NCBI GenBank assembly: GCA_036787005.1
Contig: DAIQQC010000005.1
Location: 1 to 36,227 of the forward strand
Origin: Dehalococcoidales bacterium
Lineage (GTDB): Bacteria; Chloroflexota; Dehalococcoidia; Dehalococcoidales; RBG-16-60-22
Direction: 5' to 3'
Length of the DNA stretch: 36,227 bases
The translations under genes and the position numbers were made by a program. The notes under the pieces are model-generated. The model did not search any database and was not told where the DNA came from. It saw only the letters and a list, made by a program, of their open reading frames with translations. Positions 34,720 through 36,227 of this stretch are shown here, one piece after another (position 1 is the stretch's first letter; the number at the start of each line of letters is the position of its first letter).

Positions 34720-35982
34720 TTAGACCCAGCCGCGCAGCTTCATGGCTTCCACGACGCGCTCCACCGCCCGCACGTAAGCCGCCTGCCGCATGTTGATCTT
34801 GTATTCCTTGCTGGTGTTCAGCACGGAATGATAGGCGGAGGTCATTTTCCTATCGAGGCGTTCGTAGACGTCCTTGATGTCCCAGGTATACATGTAGAAG
34901 TTCTGGACCATCTCGAAGTAGGAAACCGTTACGCCGCCGGCGTTACAAAGGAAATCAGGTATGATGTGGACGCCCTTTTTAAAGAGGATATCATCGGCTT
35001 CCGGGGTGGTCGGCCCGTTGGCCAGCTCGGCGATTATCTTGGCGTGGACGTTGCGGGCGTTCTTCTCCGTGATGATGTTCTCGATGGCCGCCGGGATCAG
35101 GATATCGACGTTCAGCTCGAGCAACTCGGCGTTGGACATGCTTTCCGCGCCGGGCAGGTTGCAGACGGTGCTGGTCTGGCTCTTGCAGGCGGCCGCTTCT
35201 TCCGGGTCGATGCCGTCGAAGTTACAGATCGCCCCCTTGCTGTCGCAGACGGCGATTACTTTCGACCCGAACATTTCCTGGCAGAGCCGGGCGGCGTAAT
35301 AGCCGGCGTTGCCGTAGCCGTGCACGGCCACGGTGGCTTTGCTGAGGTCGATGCCGAGCGCCCTGGCGGCCTCGCGGATGGTGAACATGCCGCCGCGGGC
35401 GGTGGCGTCGCCGCGGCCCGGCGATCCGCCGATAGCCAGCGGTTTACCCGTGATGACACCGAACTGCGGCTTGCCGGCGATGACGGAGTATTCATCCATC
35501 ATCCAGGCCATGATCTGGGGGGTGGTATAGACGTCCGGGGCGGGGACGTCTTTTTCCGGCCCGATGAACGGATAAACGGCGCGGATATACGCCCGGCTTA
35601 ACCGCTCCAGTTCGGCCTGGGACATTTCTTTAGGATTGCAAATCACGCCGCCCTTGGCGCCGCCGAGGGGCAGGTCGAGCAGGGAACACTTCCAGGTCAT
35701 CCAGGACGCCAGCGCCCTGACGGTGTCGATCGTCTCTTCGGGATGGAACCTGATACCGCCCTTGGTGATGCCCAGGGCGTCGTTGTACTGGACCCGGAAC
35801 CCCTGGAAGACTTTAATGGAGCCGTCGTCCATGCGCACCGGCAGCGCTACGTGGAGCTCGCGCTGCGGGGTCTTGAGTATCGCCGTAATCTCGGGTTTCA
35901 GGTTCAGGATCTCGGCGCACTGGTCGATCTGCCTCTTGGCGGTCTCGAACGGATTGATCTTTACCTCGGTTTTGGCTGGCAT
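34720..35982 (-). CDS. gdhA: glutamate dehydrogenase (Glu/Leu/Phe/Val dehydrogenase family)
   Basis: 420 aa. KGGIRFHPEE and LPLGGAKGGV catalytic-Lys motifs; GYGNAGYYAA dinucleotide fold; AAAGGAGAAAA RBS. Confidence 0.95.
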   Translation of the reverse strand: MPAKTEVKINPFETAKRQIDQCAEILNLKPEITAILKTPQRELHVALPVRMDDGSIKVFQGFRVQYNDALGITKGGIRFHPEETIDTVRALASWMTWKCSLLDLPLGGAKGGVICNPKEMSQAELERLSRAYIRAVYPFIGPEKDVPAPDVYTTPQIMAWMMDEYSVIAGKPQFGVITGKPLAIGGSPGRGDATARGGMFTIREAARALGIDLSKATVAVHGYGNAGYYAARLCQEMFGSKVIAVCDSKGAICNFDGIDPEEAAACKSQTSTVCNLPGAESMSNAELLELNVDILIPAAIENIITEKNARNVHAKIIAELANGPTTPEADDILFKKGVHIIPDFLCNAGGVTVSYFEMVQNFYMYTWDIKDVYERLDRKMTSAYHSVLNTSKEYKINMRQAAYVRAVERVVEAMKLRGWV

Positions 35983-36030
35983 TTTTCTCCTTTGTCGAAT
36001 AAATATGTTGGAAGCAGATAATAAAAAATA

Positions 36031-36046
36031 CGGTAACCGGTTACCG
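36031..36046. promoter_or_regulatory. perfect 16-nt palindrome in the gdhA leader (operator or attenuator hairpin)
   Basis: CGGTAACCGGTTACCG. On the minus strand it is followed by TATTTTTTAT and lies between the candidate promoter and the gdhA RBS. Confidence 0.4.
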
Positions 36047-36056
36047 CTGTAGACTA

Positions 36057-36085
36057 ATATATATCAGGTGATTAATCGTTGTCAA
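36057..36085 (-). promoter_or_regulatory. candidate gdhA promoter
   Basis: Minus strand: TTGACA (36085..36080), 17-nt spacer, ATATAT (36062..36057). Confidence 0.45.
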
Positions 36086-36099
36086 GAAAATTTCAAGTG

Positions 36100-36227
36100 T
36101 TAATCCACATCTAGCAAACGGCGCGCTTTCTTCAGCCAGTCGGTAATAGGGATGTGCCGGCCGCAGGCCTTCACACAGCTGCCGCATTCGTTGCAGTCCT
36201 GGATACAGTGCCCCTCGTCACGGTAAA
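36100..36227 (-). CDS. 3' end of an Fe-S cluster-binding protein (partial, leaves window)
   Basis: Minus frame reads ...YRDEGHCIQDCNECGSCVKACGRHIPITDWLKKARRLLDVD*, with stop at 36100..36102. Cys-rich cluster motif; too short for a family call. Confidence 0.45.
   Translation of the reverse strand, partial: YRDEGHCIQDCNECGSCVKACGRHIPITDWLKKARRLLDVD

Noticed and set aside
34615-35601. 328-aa ORF on the + strand
   Set aside because: It is antisense to gdhA, which has clear catalytic motifs. It is a shadow ORF. The same applies to 6244..6902 (both strands) inside glmS and to 1723..3069 minus-strand ORFs inside the mutase gene.

Overview
36.2-kb bacterial window, moderately GC-rich with a visibly AT-richer block in the middle. 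Gene content (archaeal-type GlmM/GlmU enzymes, short tmRNA tag, heliorhodopsin, selenocysteine formate dehydrogenase, PAS/GAF HisKA_3 kinases) suggests an anaerobic Chloroflexota/Dehalococcoidia-like genome; this is inference only. Layout: (1) 1-7.9 kb, housekeeping on the + strand: TPP riboswitch-thiC, a UDP-GlcNAc cluster (phosphohexomutase, two tandem GlmU-like enzymes, glmS), then smpB. (2) ssrA (tmRNA) at 7896-8245, followed by partial copies of its own 3' end and a shattered tyrosine-integrase gene, which reads as the scar of an ssrA-targeted island. (3) 8.8-18.5 kb, AT-richer accessory block: AprB-like ferredoxin and AprA-like flavoprotein co-operonic with a family-5 ABC importer (SBP, two permeases), plus a divergent URO-D-family enzyme and two ATPases. 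(4) A soluble PAS-GAF histidine kinase with a NarL/LuxR regulator. (5) A small Cys-rich membrane peptide. (6) One tightly packed minus-strand operon: fdnG(Sec)-fdnH-fdnI-fdhE-cNMP-domain protein-tatA-tatA-tatC. (7) A second RR/HK pair and a lipoprotein. (8) A heliorhodopsin-degV-5TM operon with its own promoter, just downstream of gdhA. I saw no rRNA, tRNA, CRISPR array or intact mobile element. Most worth a second look: the heliorhodopsin-DegV operon; the flavoprotein/ferredoxin/URO-D/ABC module next to the ssrA scar; and oddities in the fdh-tat operon (Asp in the FS0 cluster motif, a cNMP-domain gene without a canonical start). All family calls come from motif recognition by eye; no searches or computations were run.
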